Virus record (IMG/VR): IMGVR_UViG_648276647_000019
Coordinates: 1 to 45,585 of that record
Length of the DNA: 45,585 nt
Direction: 5' to 3' (one strand)
Source of the DNA: a virus
Lineage: Duplodnaviria; Heunggongvirae; Uroviricota; Caudoviricetes
Below, piece by piece: positions 15,949 to 23,874 of the stretch. Positions within the stretch are counted from its first letter, which is position 1, and each line of letters opens with the position of its first letter. The notes under the pieces were generated by a model. It ran no database searches. It saw nothing but the letters and a program-made list of their open reading frames with translations, and was not told the origin of the DNA. The position numbers were made by a program, and so were the translations under genes.

Positions 15949-15970
15949 CCCGCCGCGAGCGGTTTTTTTC
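15949..15970 (+). terminator. Plus-strand intrinsic terminator (CCGC stem, loop, GCGG, then T7)
   Basis: ACCCGCCGCGAGCGGTTTTTTT; would stop rightward read-through from Q before the lysis genes. Confidence 0.45.
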
Positions 15971-16002
15971 ATTTCTGGCATCCCGCAGGCAGAAATGCAG
16001 GC

Positions 16003-16032
16003 AAAAAAAAAGCAGGGCGGCGCGCGCCCTGC
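16003..16032 (-). terminator. Minus-strand intrinsic terminator (8-bp GC stem GCAGGGCG/CGCCCTGC followed by U9)
   Basis: Plus strand shows A9 then the perfect-arm hairpin; on the minus strand the hairpin is followed by nine U. Confidence 0.55.
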
Positions 16033-16169
16033 AAAAATGGATGGCGCCAGGGGATGATGGATACCCCTTGACGGTTTCATGTTCTCAACGCACAAGATAG
16101 TATAAAGAGCGGAGAGTGTATACAAAGGAAGTGTTGCAGAATTACAGGAAATGATGCGTTTTGTTATTA

Positions 16170-16200
16170 TTGATATAATGCGAAATCATTTTTATAAAAA
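16170..16200 (+). promoter_or_regulatory. Promoter-like element TGATATAATGCGAAAT (extended -10), candidate late promoter
   Basis: Perfect TATAAT with upstream TG; 13-mer TATAATGCGAAAT recurs at about 19393 and in variant form at about 18497 and 14455. Confidence 0.3.
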
Positions 16201-16223
16201 ATGAAATTGCGCATTTAAGGAAT

Positions 16224-16302
16224 AAAAAAATCGGGAACCCAGGGGCTCCCGAAAAGGATTAACATGAATTCTCACAATGTTGCGGTGCCTGCCATGCATC
16301 GC
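16224..16302 (-). ncRNA. Candidate small antisense RNA (about 80 nt)
   Basis: Minus-strand TTTACA-N16-TATGAT promoter (16309-16336) followed about 80 nt later by hairpin UCGGGA/UCCCGA plus U7 (16224-16252). Confidence 0.3.
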
Positions 16303-16455
16303 GTTTTCATCATACCGAAAAAACAACCGCTGTAAACTCTGAAATATTATCCGGTGACGGATGATTAATGGTTTTTATATCAGGTTCGCTACGGCGGGCC
16401 TTTCTTATTCCACTCACCCGACATCCGGGTAATTCATCTCCCGGAAGGGGGAGTC

Positions 16456-16677
16456 ATGACAATGGACAGAATGACAACCGGTGCATCATACGGCGTGTCG
16501 GCGGCCACAACAATTTATTCTCTCCTGGATTCCTTCACCCACGATGAGTGGGCTGCAATCGGTATTCTGGGCGGGTTGTTTTTTGGTGCGCTGACGTGGA
16601 TCACCAATATTTATTTTCAGCACCGGCGACTGAAACTGGAAGAGCAGCAGAGGAATGGCGTTAAAAACGAAAGTTAA
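16456..16677 (+). CDS. Class II holin (pinholin-like, phage 21 S21 type)
   Basis: About 70 aa, two TM segments, the first Gly/Ala/Ser-rich; dual-start-like N-terminus (M-T-M); directly precedes a SAR endolysin. Confidence 0.85.
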   Translation: MTMDRMTTGASYGVSAATTIYSLLDSFTHDEWAAIGILGGLFFGALTWITNIYFQHRRLKLEEQQRNGVKNES

Positions 16678-17194
16678 ATACGGCCTGTCAGCCGCTGTTC
16701 TGGCGCTGATTGCTGCCGGTGCGTCTGCTCCTCAGATACTCGACCAGTTTCTGAATGAGAAAGAAGGTAATCACACAACGGCATACCGTGATGGTTCCGG
16801 TATATGGACCATCTGCCGTGGTACCACCATGGTGGATGGTAAGCCTGTTATTCCTGGCATGAAACTGACGAAGGAAAAATGCGACCAGGTTAATGCCATT
16901 GAGCGGGATAAGGCGCTGGCATGGGTGGAGAAAAACATCAAAGTGCCACTGACCGAACCCCAGAAAGCGGGTATTGCGTCATTCTGCTCCTATAACATTG
17001 GCCCCGGTAAGTGTTTCCCGTCGACGTTTTATAAGCGGCTGAATGCCGGTGATCGTAAGGGCGCATGCGAGGCGATTCGCTGGTGGATAAAGGACGGTGG
17101 ACGCGACTGCCGTATCCGTTCAAATAACTGCTACGGTCAGGTTGTTCGCCGTGACCAGGAGAGCGCATTAGCCTGTTGGGGTATCGACAGATAA
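16655..17194 (+). CDS. SAR endolysin (lysozyme with N-terminal signal-anchor-release domain)
   Basis: N-terminal weakly hydrophobic Ala/Gly-rich segment (LSAAVLALIAAGASAP) followed by a lysozyme-type catalytic region; overlaps holin 3' end. Confidence 0.9.
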   Translation: MALKTKVKYGLSAAVLALIAAGASAPQILDQFLNEKEGNHTTAYRDGSGIWTICRGTTMVDGKPVIPGMKLTKEKCDQVNAIERDKALAWVEKNIKVPLTEPQKAGIASFCSYNIGPGKCFPSTFYKRLNAGDRKGACEAIRWWIKDGGRDCRIRSNNCYGQVVRRDQESALACWGIDR

Positions 17195-17303
17195 GCAGAA
17201 TATTTCGCTGAAAAATGACGTTGGCCAACGCGGGCGGATAACACGAAATCCTGCAAACCGGCAAAATGTAAGTGAATAAAGCCAGGGTTATTGTTTCACG
17301 CAG

Positions 17304-17330
17304 AGGCACCGTAATGGTGCCTTTGTCATT
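17304..17330 (+). terminator. Intrinsic terminator-like hairpin after the endolysin
   Basis: AGGCACC-GTAAT-GGTGCCT followed by TTTGTCATTT. Confidence 0.45.
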
Positions 17331-17468
17331 TATGCGCTTCGCACAAGCGTAAATAAACCAAAGAACCTTTCAGGATGAGCCCTGGTGGATAACCGGCAGT
17401 GGTCTGGTTAACCCTTTTTGGGCTGGTTATTCCTGTGCGCAGGGTTCATCACTAAAAGGAAGTAACCG

Positions 17469-18038
17469 ATGAATATGATGACCGTGCCATTCCACGGCGC
17501 AGAGCTTTATGTTGTCAACCACAACGGCGAGCCGTACACCCCAATGAAACCTATCGTTGAGGGAATGGGTATGACCTGGCAGTCTCAACACCGCAAGTTG
17601 ATGGAGAGATTTAAGACCTGCATCATCGAAATGATGATGCAGCTCCCCGGTGATACTCAGCGTCGTCTGGTTATCTGTCTTGCTTTACGTAAACTTGCAG
17701 GTTGGCTGCAAACCATCAGCCCTAACAAAGTCCGCCCTGAAATCCGCGACAAGGTAATCCAGTATCAGGAAGAGTGTGACGATGTGCTCTATGAATACTG
17801 GACTAAAGGTTTTGTCGTTAATCCCCGTCGAATGAGCGTGATGGAGGAACTCAACCAGGCATGTGCTGACATGAAAAGGGATAAAAACATCGCCAGTCTG
17901 TATGGTGCAGGGTTAAACGAATGGAAATCAGTCAAAGCGGCTCATGTATCAAAAATTCGTGCGCTGGTGGATGAGGCAAACTTGCTGATCGGCTTTGTCA
18001 TGGCGGATACAGGGAAGGGGAAAACCACCGGGACATGA
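17469..18038 (+). CDS. Phage antirepressor (Ant-type, P22 AR N-terminal domain-like)
   Basis: N-terminus MNMMTVPFHGAELYVVNHNGEPYTPMKPIVEGMGMTWQSQHRKL matches the antirepressor N-terminal pattern as I recall it. Confidence 0.7.
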   Translation: MNMMTVPFHGAELYVVNHNGEPYTPMKPIVEGMGMTWQSQHRKLMERFKTCIIEMMMQLPGDTQRRLVICLALRKLAGWLQTISPNKVRPEIRDKVIQYQEECDDVLYEYWTKGFVVNPRRMSVMEELNQACADMKRDKNIASLYGAGLNEWKSVKAAHVSKIRALVDEANLLIGFVMADTGKGKTTGT

Positions 18039-18048
18039 AATAAAAGTA

Positions 18049-18086
18049 AAACCCCGATTGCACGAACAGTCGGGGTTTTTTGTTTC
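18049..18086 (+). terminator. Intrinsic terminator after the antirepressor gene
   Basis: CCCCGA...UCGGGG stem followed by UUUUUUGUUU. Confidence 0.65.
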
Positions 18087-18112
18087 TGACCTTGAGTAAG
18101 ACAAGGGAGAAC

Positions 18113-18295
18113 ATGGGGAAGTATAAACGAATCCTGTTGAGGTTGACTATGAAAAACGGCCTTGAACTGAAGGCGCCTGTAACTGATGACATCAGCAGAG
18201 CGCTGGCCTTTGCTATTAAGTGGGTGGCTGTTGGCATCGCTGTGTCTCCGATACTGTATGGGCTGGCAAAACTGGTCATTGCACTGAAATCATGA
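18113..18295 (+). CDS. Hypothetical small protein with C-terminal TM segment (60 aa)
   Basis: ATG 18113 after AAGGGAG; hydrophobic C-terminus (WVAVGIAVSPILYGLAKLVIAL). Confidence 0.4.
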   Translation: MGKYKRILLRLTMKNGLELKAPVTDDISRALAFAIKWVAVGIAVSPILYGLAKLVIALKS

Positions 18296-18725
18296 ATGGC
18301 TGGCAGAGAGATGAACCGTGTTTTATCGGTCAGATACGCTGGTGGTGAGAGAGGGGCCGGAGGGCTGCGACAGCAGGCCCGTCGGGGCGAAACGGGCAAA
18401 GAAAAGTGCAACACAAATAAAACAATAAAGTTACATGTATTTTGTAAGATATTATTCGAATTTGTTTTGAATTATCGAAATGCATATTATTTACTATAAT
18501 GCAATAATTTAATTTCCATTATTGTCATGGTGTTGCGCGAATAAAAAATCATGCCAGTTTTATTGAGTTTACAATTTTAATGTTAATTATGACAACATAA
18601 TGATAACGCAAAAGGATGAAAAAACTCACTGTACCAGAAGCGGCGGACGACAGCGACGGGCAGCTGCATGACCGCTACGTAATACCCGTTCATCAAAATC
18701 ACGGAGTATCAGAACAGGTGGCTGC

Positions 18726-19193
18726 ATGAACCGCATAACGACGTACGTAATAATATTATTGCTGGTAGTGACTGCAGCGCTGGCATGGACAACGGACCAT
18801 TACTACCGTAACGCTGTCACTTACAAAGAGCAGCGCGACAAAAACGCCGGAGAGCTGAAACTGGCGAACGCGACCATTACTGACATGCAGCAGCGTCAGC
18901 GTGATGTTGCTGCACTTGATGCCAGATACTCAAGGGAGTTAGCTGATGCGAAAGCTGAAAATGATGCTCTGCGTGCTGATGTTGCCGCTGGTCGTCGCCG
19001 GTTGCGTGTCAGGGCAGTCTGCCCCACCGTGTCCGCAGATAAAACCGCCACCGCCACCGGCGTGGCTGATGCAGCCAGCCCCGGACTTACTGACGCCGCT
19101 CAGCGGGATTATTTCATCCTCAGGGAACGAATCGCAACCAGCGACAAAATGATTCGGGGATTGCAGGCGTACATCAGGAAGGAATGTCAGTAA
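18726..19193 (+). CDS. Rz: Spanin inner-membrane subunit Rz
   Basis: Strong similarity to lambda Rz as recalled (RDKNAGELKLANATITDMQQRQRDVAALD...AENDALRADVAAGRRRL). Confidence 0.9.
   Translation: MNRITTYVIILLLVVTAALAWTTDHYYRNAVTYKEQRDKNAGELKLANATITDMQQRQRDVAALDARYSRELADAKAENDALRADVAAGRRRLRVRAVCPTVSADKTATATGVADAASPGLTDAAQRDYFILRERIATSDKMIRGLQAYIRKECQ
18946..19152 (+). CDS. Rz1: Spanin outer-membrane lipoprotein Rz1 (embedded in Rz, +1 frame)
   Basis: Lipobox LVVAGC and proline-rich core PPPPPAW, embedded in Rz as in lambda. Confidence 0.85.
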   Translation: MRKLKMMLCVLMLPLVVAGCVSGQSAPPCPQIKPPPPPAWLMQPAPDLLTPLSGIISSSGNESQPATK

Positions 19194-19228
19194 AAAAAGC
19201 AGGGCCGGCTCAGACCCTGCAGAATATA
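19194..19228 (-). terminator. Minus-strand intrinsic terminator (GCAGGG/CCCUGC stem plus U7)
   Basis: Plus strand shows A7 then hairpin; the U-tract exists only on the minus strand. A second similar element (CCCC-GGAA-GGGG) lies at 19252-19275. Confidence 0.4.
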
Positions 19229-19410
19229 CGATGAATATTAAGATAAGTTATAAAAATAAAACCCCGGAAGGGGCTCCTATGCCGTCATAAGAATAGTAAG
19301 AATGGTTCCGGGGGTATATGGATAAAAAAATTCAGAATGAAAAAAAGTAATTCTGGTTGTTATTTTGAGTGTTTATGCGAAATGCGCCTTACTATAATGC
19401 GAAATGCTGA

Positions 19411-19440
19411 ATGACAAATAAAAAAAAGGAGCCGAAACGG
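19411..19440 (-). terminator. Minus-strand intrinsic terminator (GGAGCC/GGCUCC stem plus U8)
   Basis: Plus strand A8-GGAGCCGAAACGGCUCC; U-tract on minus strand; adjacent to the TATAATGCGAAAT element. Confidence 0.4.
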
Positions 19441-19633
19441 CTCCGAAAAATAAGTCATCAAAGTTTACACGCGTATTCAATTACGGCTTTGCAGTGCTCG
19501 TCTGCGGTTAATATCGTACAGAAACATAATAATCTTCGTACACCATGAAAATGTAACCAGATACTAAACACTGGCGCATGCCATGAACATATTCTACTGG
19601 CTGAAAAGCCTTATCCATAAGGAGCAAAAAACA

Positions 19634-19816
19634 ATGCCTGAGATTAAAGATATTGTTACTGATGAACTGGTAAAAAATGCCCTTAAATCAGAGGTTGTCA
19701 CTCTGGCTGTAAAAACTCAGATTAAGAACACGCTGGAGCCTCAGATTGAGGTGGCAGTTGATAATGCACTGTCAGATATTCTGGGCGTCATGAGTACAGG
19801 TGACACCGGAGAATAA
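19634..19816 (+). CDS. Hypothetical small protein (60 aa)
   Basis: ATG 19634 after AAGGAG; ORF-track start at 19583 lacks an RBS. Confidence 0.4.
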   Translation: MPEIKDIVTDELVKNALKSEVVTLAVKTQIKNTLEPQIEVAVDNALSDILGVMSTGDTGE

Positions 19817-20171
19817 CAGCGGTTGTTGCTGTATTTGTTCCTCACCGGGCCAGCCTAATCGCTGGGGAAGAACGAAAAAACTTCAATTGCTTGCAAAGCT
19901 GGAACGTCTGGAGAAACAAGGACAGTTTTTATTACCGGGATTCGATAAAGGTATTCAAGCCTGACACATCATGCGCCGTATCGTCGCCGTATTCCTGCAT
20001 TAACCATGACCGCTGCTGATAACCCGGCGCGAGTGTGCGGGAATAATCAGAAACGATGCACACCGGGTTTTTACCGCGTTTATGATTCGCGGGTTTGCCC
20101 CTCATGCTCGCCGGCCCTGCGCGGGGGTGGAAGAAGCGGGGTATTATGAATGCACAGAGAGAGATTAATTT

Positions 20172-20714
20172 ATGGGGATTATCGTTTCATCGTCACCGCT
20201 CAGATTACCCGGCGGATATGATGCCGTCCCTGTCGTTTCATCCGGCACGCCGGTTCTGGGCAATCTGCCTTCTGTTTTTGTCATTCCGACCGGACTCCGT
20301 AAAAAACTACAGCCCGCCAACAGAACGGGGCTGGGGAGTACCGACATCCAGGGGAATGTCATCACCACGCAGGAGGACAGTCGCAGTATTCTGTCAGTAG
20401 TGAACACTTATCTTCAGGAGTCATTAACGGACAGTGAGCTCAGTTTTATTCTTCAGCACAGAAAGCATTTTGTTTTTACTGCCGGCATGGGCGACCGGCG
20501 GCAGGACTATTGCTGGCGTTTCGGGATGATAACCAACTGGCACGGGAAGGATGTGAGTGATTTGTTGATGCAGCCGTGGGTCTACGCCAGTGAACATTAC
20601 AACTTCAGGCTCACATTTGACGGTGAAAGCGGGCAGATGACGCTGACGGACACTCATTATGGTGACAACAATAAGTGGGGAAGTCTGCGTTATCTCACCA
20701 TAGAGGTGAAATAA
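20172..20714 (+). CDS. Hypothetical protein (180 aa), candidate moron between lysis genes and cos
   Basis: ORF with ATG start; no recognisable motif. Confidence 0.45.
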   Translation: MGIIVSSSPLRLPGGYDAVPVVSSGTPVLGNLPSVFVIPTGLRKKLQPANRTGLGSTDIQGNVITTQEDSRSILSVVNTYLQESLTDSELSFILQHRKHFVFTAGMGDRRQDYCWRFGMITNWHGKDVSDLLMQPWVYASEHYNFRLTFDGESGQMTLTDTHYGDNNKWGSLRYLTIEVK

Positions 20715-20750
20715 GGGGAACGAACAGACAGATAATGGGAGAGAGAGTTG

Positions 20751-21011
20751 ATGAAATCAGGAGAAACAGAAACTGTGTTGTTAACACAGGAGCCTGTGCA
20801 GATTACGGATGGTTCAGTATGGGCTTATGTCCAGCCGCTGGCGGGGTCAGGAGGAATTGCTGTGCAGTATTGTTTGTCTGGTGAAAAACCTTCACAAGCC
20901 AGCAGCTGGCATACGATAAGACATGATGTAACGATTGGTCCACCTCTGGTCTGTTGGTTACGCCTCCCTGAGGGAAGAGGGGCTGTTGTGGTTACTCAGT
21001 GGACCTCCTGA
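20751..21011 (+). CDS. Hypothetical protein (86 aa)
   Basis: ATG 20751 after GGGAGAGAGAG; 37 nt after the upstream gene. Confidence 0.45.
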   Translation: MKSGETETVLLTQEPVQITDGSVWAYVQPLAGSGGIAVQYCLSGEKPSQASSWHTIRHDVTIGPPLVCWLRLPEGRGAVVVTQWTS

Positions 21012-21039
21012 TTTTTCAGGGTCCTTTCCGGCAGTTTGA

Positions 21040-21130
21040 GTCGCTGCGGGGCGGCAGCGGCGCAGATTTTCACTGTTTATGAAAATTTTTCAGGAAAAAT
21101 CGTGTCGGTACTTATTTTATATAACTCGTT
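21040..21130. other. cos site (cosN with lambda-like 12-nt cohesive-end sequence GGGCGGCAGCGG at 21049-21060; cosB-like region follows)
   Basis: GGGCGGCAGCGGCGCAGATTTTCACTGTTTATGAAAATTTTTCAGG parallels the lambda left end GGGCGGCGACCTCGCGGGTTTTCGCTATTTATGAAAATTTTCCGG (recalled); about 175 nt upstream of Nu1. Confidence 0.7.
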
Positions 21131-21235
21131 GTTTTTAATTGATATGTGATGAAAAGATACCGTCATGTGAATGTGGGAGTAAGCCATTTTCAGGCTGTTT
21201 TGTGTCGGAACTGATTTTTGATAAAGATTTGATCC

Positions 21236-21784
21236 ATGAACGTTAATAAAAAGAAACTAGCCGAAATTTTTAATGTCGATCCACGTACAATTGAACGCTG
21301 GCAAACTCAGGGGCTCCCTCCGGTATCTGGTGGCGGAAAGGGGATTGAAGTCATATTTGATTCTGCGCAGGTGATCGAATGGTATGCACAAAGAGAAAAG
21401 GATATTGAAAACGAAAAACTCCGCAAAGAAGTGGCGGATTTGCGTGCCGCCACCGAATCTGACTTACAGCCTGGCACGATAGATTACGAACGCTACAGAC
21501 TTACTAAGGCACAGGCTGATGCGCAGGAGTTAAAGAATGCGCGTGATAGTGCCCTGGTGATTGATACTGGTTTTTGTATGTATGCGCTGGCGCGCCTTGC
21601 TCAGAACATTTCCGGTATTCTCGACAGCATTCCATTGTATATGCAGCGAAAATTTCCAGATTTACCCCCTTCCGCCCTTGAATTTTTGAAATCGGAGATA
21701 GCAAAAGCGTCTAATAAGTGCGCGGATACAGCAGATGGGTTACCAGATATGCTTGCAGACTACATTAGAGAGTCAAATTCATAA
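21236..21784 (+). CDS. nu1: Terminase small subunit Nu1
   Basis: Near-colinear similarity to lambda Nu1 ([10 protein letters not shown]...[29 protein letters not shown]). Confidence 0.95.
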   Translation: MNVNKKKLAEIFNVDPRTIERWQTQGLPPVSGGGKGIEVIFDSAQVIEWYAQREKDIENEKLRKEVADLRAATESDLQPGTIDYERYRLTKAQADAQELKNARDSALVIDTGFCMYALARLAQNISGILDSIPLYMQRKFPDLPPSALEFLKSEIAKASNKCADTADGLPDMLADYIRESNS

Positions 21785-23681
21785 TTTTGTTTTTCCTTTC
21801 CGGGCCGGGCTGAGGGGGCTGATTCGTCCGTTGCCGGTAACCCCGGTGGAGTGGGCTAACCGATATTATTATCTTCCACCTGAGTCTTCGTATCTGGCTG
21901 GTCGATGGGAAACGTTGCCGTTTCAAATCGCCATCATGAACAGTATGGGGAATGACCGGATCCGTACTGTAAACCTGATTAAGTCGGCGCGCGTTGGTTA
22001 TACCAAAATGTTGCTGGGTGTGGTCGGGTATTTTATTGAGCACAAATCCCGTAATACCCTGCTTTTTCAGCCGACAGACTCTGCAGCTGAGGATTTTATG
22101 AAATCCCATGTGGAATCCACACTTCGGGATGTTCCTTGCCTCAAAGCGCTCTCGCCATGGCTGGGACGTAAGCACAGGGATAATACGCTGACATTAAAGA
22201 GATTCAGTTCCCGGGTTGGATTCTGGTGCCTGGGTGGTGCTGCTGCCAAAAACTACCGTGAAAAATCTGTCGATGTGGTCTGTTATGACGAACTCTCCTC
22301 GTTTGAACCGGATGTGGAAAAAGAAGGTTCGCCAACACTGCTTGGTGATAAACGTATCGAAGGTTCGGTATGGCCAAAATCCATTCGTGGCTCAACCCCC
22401 AAAATCAAAGGCTCCTGCCAGATCGAAAAAGCTGCTAACGAGTCGGCGCATTTCATGCGGTTTTATGTGCCCTGTCCGCATTGCGGGGAGGAGCAGTATC
22501 TGAAATTTGGTGATGATGCCACGCCTTTCGGTCTTAAATGGGAGAAGAATAAGCCTGAAAGCGTTTTTTACCTCTGTGAACATCATGGCTGTGTGATCCA
22601 TCAGTCGGAACTTGACCAGACTGATGGCCGCTGGATTTGTGACAATACCGGCATGTGGACCCGTGACGGCCTGACATTTTTCAGTGCCCGGGGGGATGAA
22701 ATTCCGCCGCCGCGCTCCATCACTTTCCATATCTGGACGGCGTACAGTCCGTTCACCACCTGGGTACAGATTGTCTATGACTGGCTGGATGCACTGAAAG
22801 ATCCCAACGGACTGAAAACCTTTGTGAACACCACGCTGGGCGAGACCTGGGAAGAGGCCGTGGGTGAAAAACTCGATTACCAGGTACTGATGGATAAGGT
22901 TGTGCGTTACACGGCGGCGGTGCCTGCCCGGGTGGTTTATCTGACGGCGGGCATTGACTCGCAGCGAAACCGTTTTGAGATGTATGTCTGGGGATGGGCT
23001 CCGGGAGAGGAAGCCTTTCTGGTGGATAAAATCATCATTATGGGGCGTCCCGATGAGGAAGAGACGCTGTTACGTGTGGATGCGGCAATCAACAAAAAAT
23101 ACCGCCATGCAGATGGTACCGAAATGTCCATTTCCCGTGTCTGCTGGGACATCGGGGGTATCGATGGTGAAATCGTGTATCAGAGATCAAAAAAACACGG
23201 TGTTTTCCGGGTGCTGCCGGTGAAAGGTGCTTCAGTCTACGGTAAGCCGGTGATCACCATGCCGAAAAAACGCAATCAGCGGGGTGTGTATCTGTGTGAG
23301 GTGGGAACGGACACCGCCAAAGAAATTCTCTATGCCCGTATGAAAGCCGATCCCACCCCTGCGGATGAGGCCACGTCGTATGCCATCCGTTTTCCTGATG
23401 ATCCGGAGATTTTTTCGCAGACAGAGGCGCAGCAACTGGTGGCGGAAGAGCTTGTGGAGAAGCGGGAAAAAGGAAAGATGCGTCTGCTGTGGGATAACAA
23501 AAAGCGGCGTAATGAGGCCCTGGACTGTCTGGTGTATGCCTACGCGGCATTACGTGTGTCCGTGCAACGCTGGCAGCTTGATTTAACCGCACTGGCAAAA
23601 TCCCGCACAGAAGAACAGCAACAACCAACACTTGAACAACTTGCCGCAATACTGGCAGGAGGGAGAAATGGTCACAACTGA
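21735..23681 (+). CDS. A: Terminase large subunit A
   Basis: Strong similarity to lambda gpA along its length ([46 protein letters not shown]); start overlaps Nu1 3' end as in lambda; exact start uncertain (ATG 21735 or TTG 21753). Confidence 0.95.
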   Translation: MGYQICLQTTLESQIHNFVFPFRAGLRGLIRPLPVTPVEWANRYYYLPPESSYLAGRWETLPFQIAIMNSMGNDRIRTVNLIKSARVGYTKMLLGVVGYFIEHKSRNTLLFQPTDSAAEDFMKSHVESTLRDVPCLKALSPWLGRKHRDNTLTLKRFSSRVGFWCLGGAAAKNYREKSVDVVCYDELSSFEPDVEKEGSPTLLGDKRIEGSVWPKSIRGSTPKIKGSCQIEKAANESAHFMRFYVPCPHCGEEQYLKFGDDATPFGLKWEKNKPESVFYLCEHHGCVIHQSELDQTDGRWICDNTGMWTRDGLTFFSARGDEIPPPRSITFHIWTAYSPFTTWVQIVYDWLDALKDPNGLKTFVNTTLGETWEEAVGEKLDYQVLMDKVVRYTAAVPARVVYLTAGIDSQRNRFEMYVWGWAPGEEAFLVDKIIIMGRPDEEETLLRVDAAINKKYRHADGTEMSISRVCWDIGGIDGEIVYQRSKKHGVFRVLPVKGASVYGKPVITMPKKRNQRGVYLCEVGTDTAKEILYARMKADPTPADEATSYAIRFPDDPEIFSQTEAQQLVAEELVEKREKGKMRLLWDNKKRRNEALDCLVYAYAALRVSVQRWQLDLTALAKSRTEEQQQPTLEQLAAILAGGRNGHN

Positions 23682-23874
23682 AGAATTACAGGCACTGCGA
23701 CAGGCGCGTATTGATCTGTTAACCGGCAAACGGGTGGTATCTGTTCAGAAGGATGGACGGCGTGTTGAATTCACGCAGGCATCCCTTAATGACCTGAATC
23801 GTGCCATTAACGATGCTGAAGTGATGCTGGGGACAGCCAGTCGCCGCCGTCGTCCGCTGGGGGTAAGGCTGTGA
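23668..23874 (+). CDS. W: Head-tail joining protein W
   Basis: Similarity to lambda gpW (LTGKRVVSVQKDGRRVEFT); ATG 23668 after GGGAGAA. Confidence 0.85.
   Translation: MVTTEELQALRQARIDLLTGKRVVSVQKDGRRVEFTQASLNDLNRAINDAEVMLGTASRRRRPLGVRL

Noticed and set aside
14878-16125. 415-aa version of the module's first gene
   Set aside because: The N-terminal extension is translated from terminator hairpins and A/T tracts (15949-16032); the ATG at 15822 gives a 313-aa protein downstream of a plausible promoter.
14371-16455. Shiga-toxin-like AB5 toxin genes in the Q-to-lysis slot
   Set aside because: The two genes here are on the opposite strand, of the wrong sizes, and one is a multi-pass membrane protein without a signal-peptide/AB5-type arrangement.
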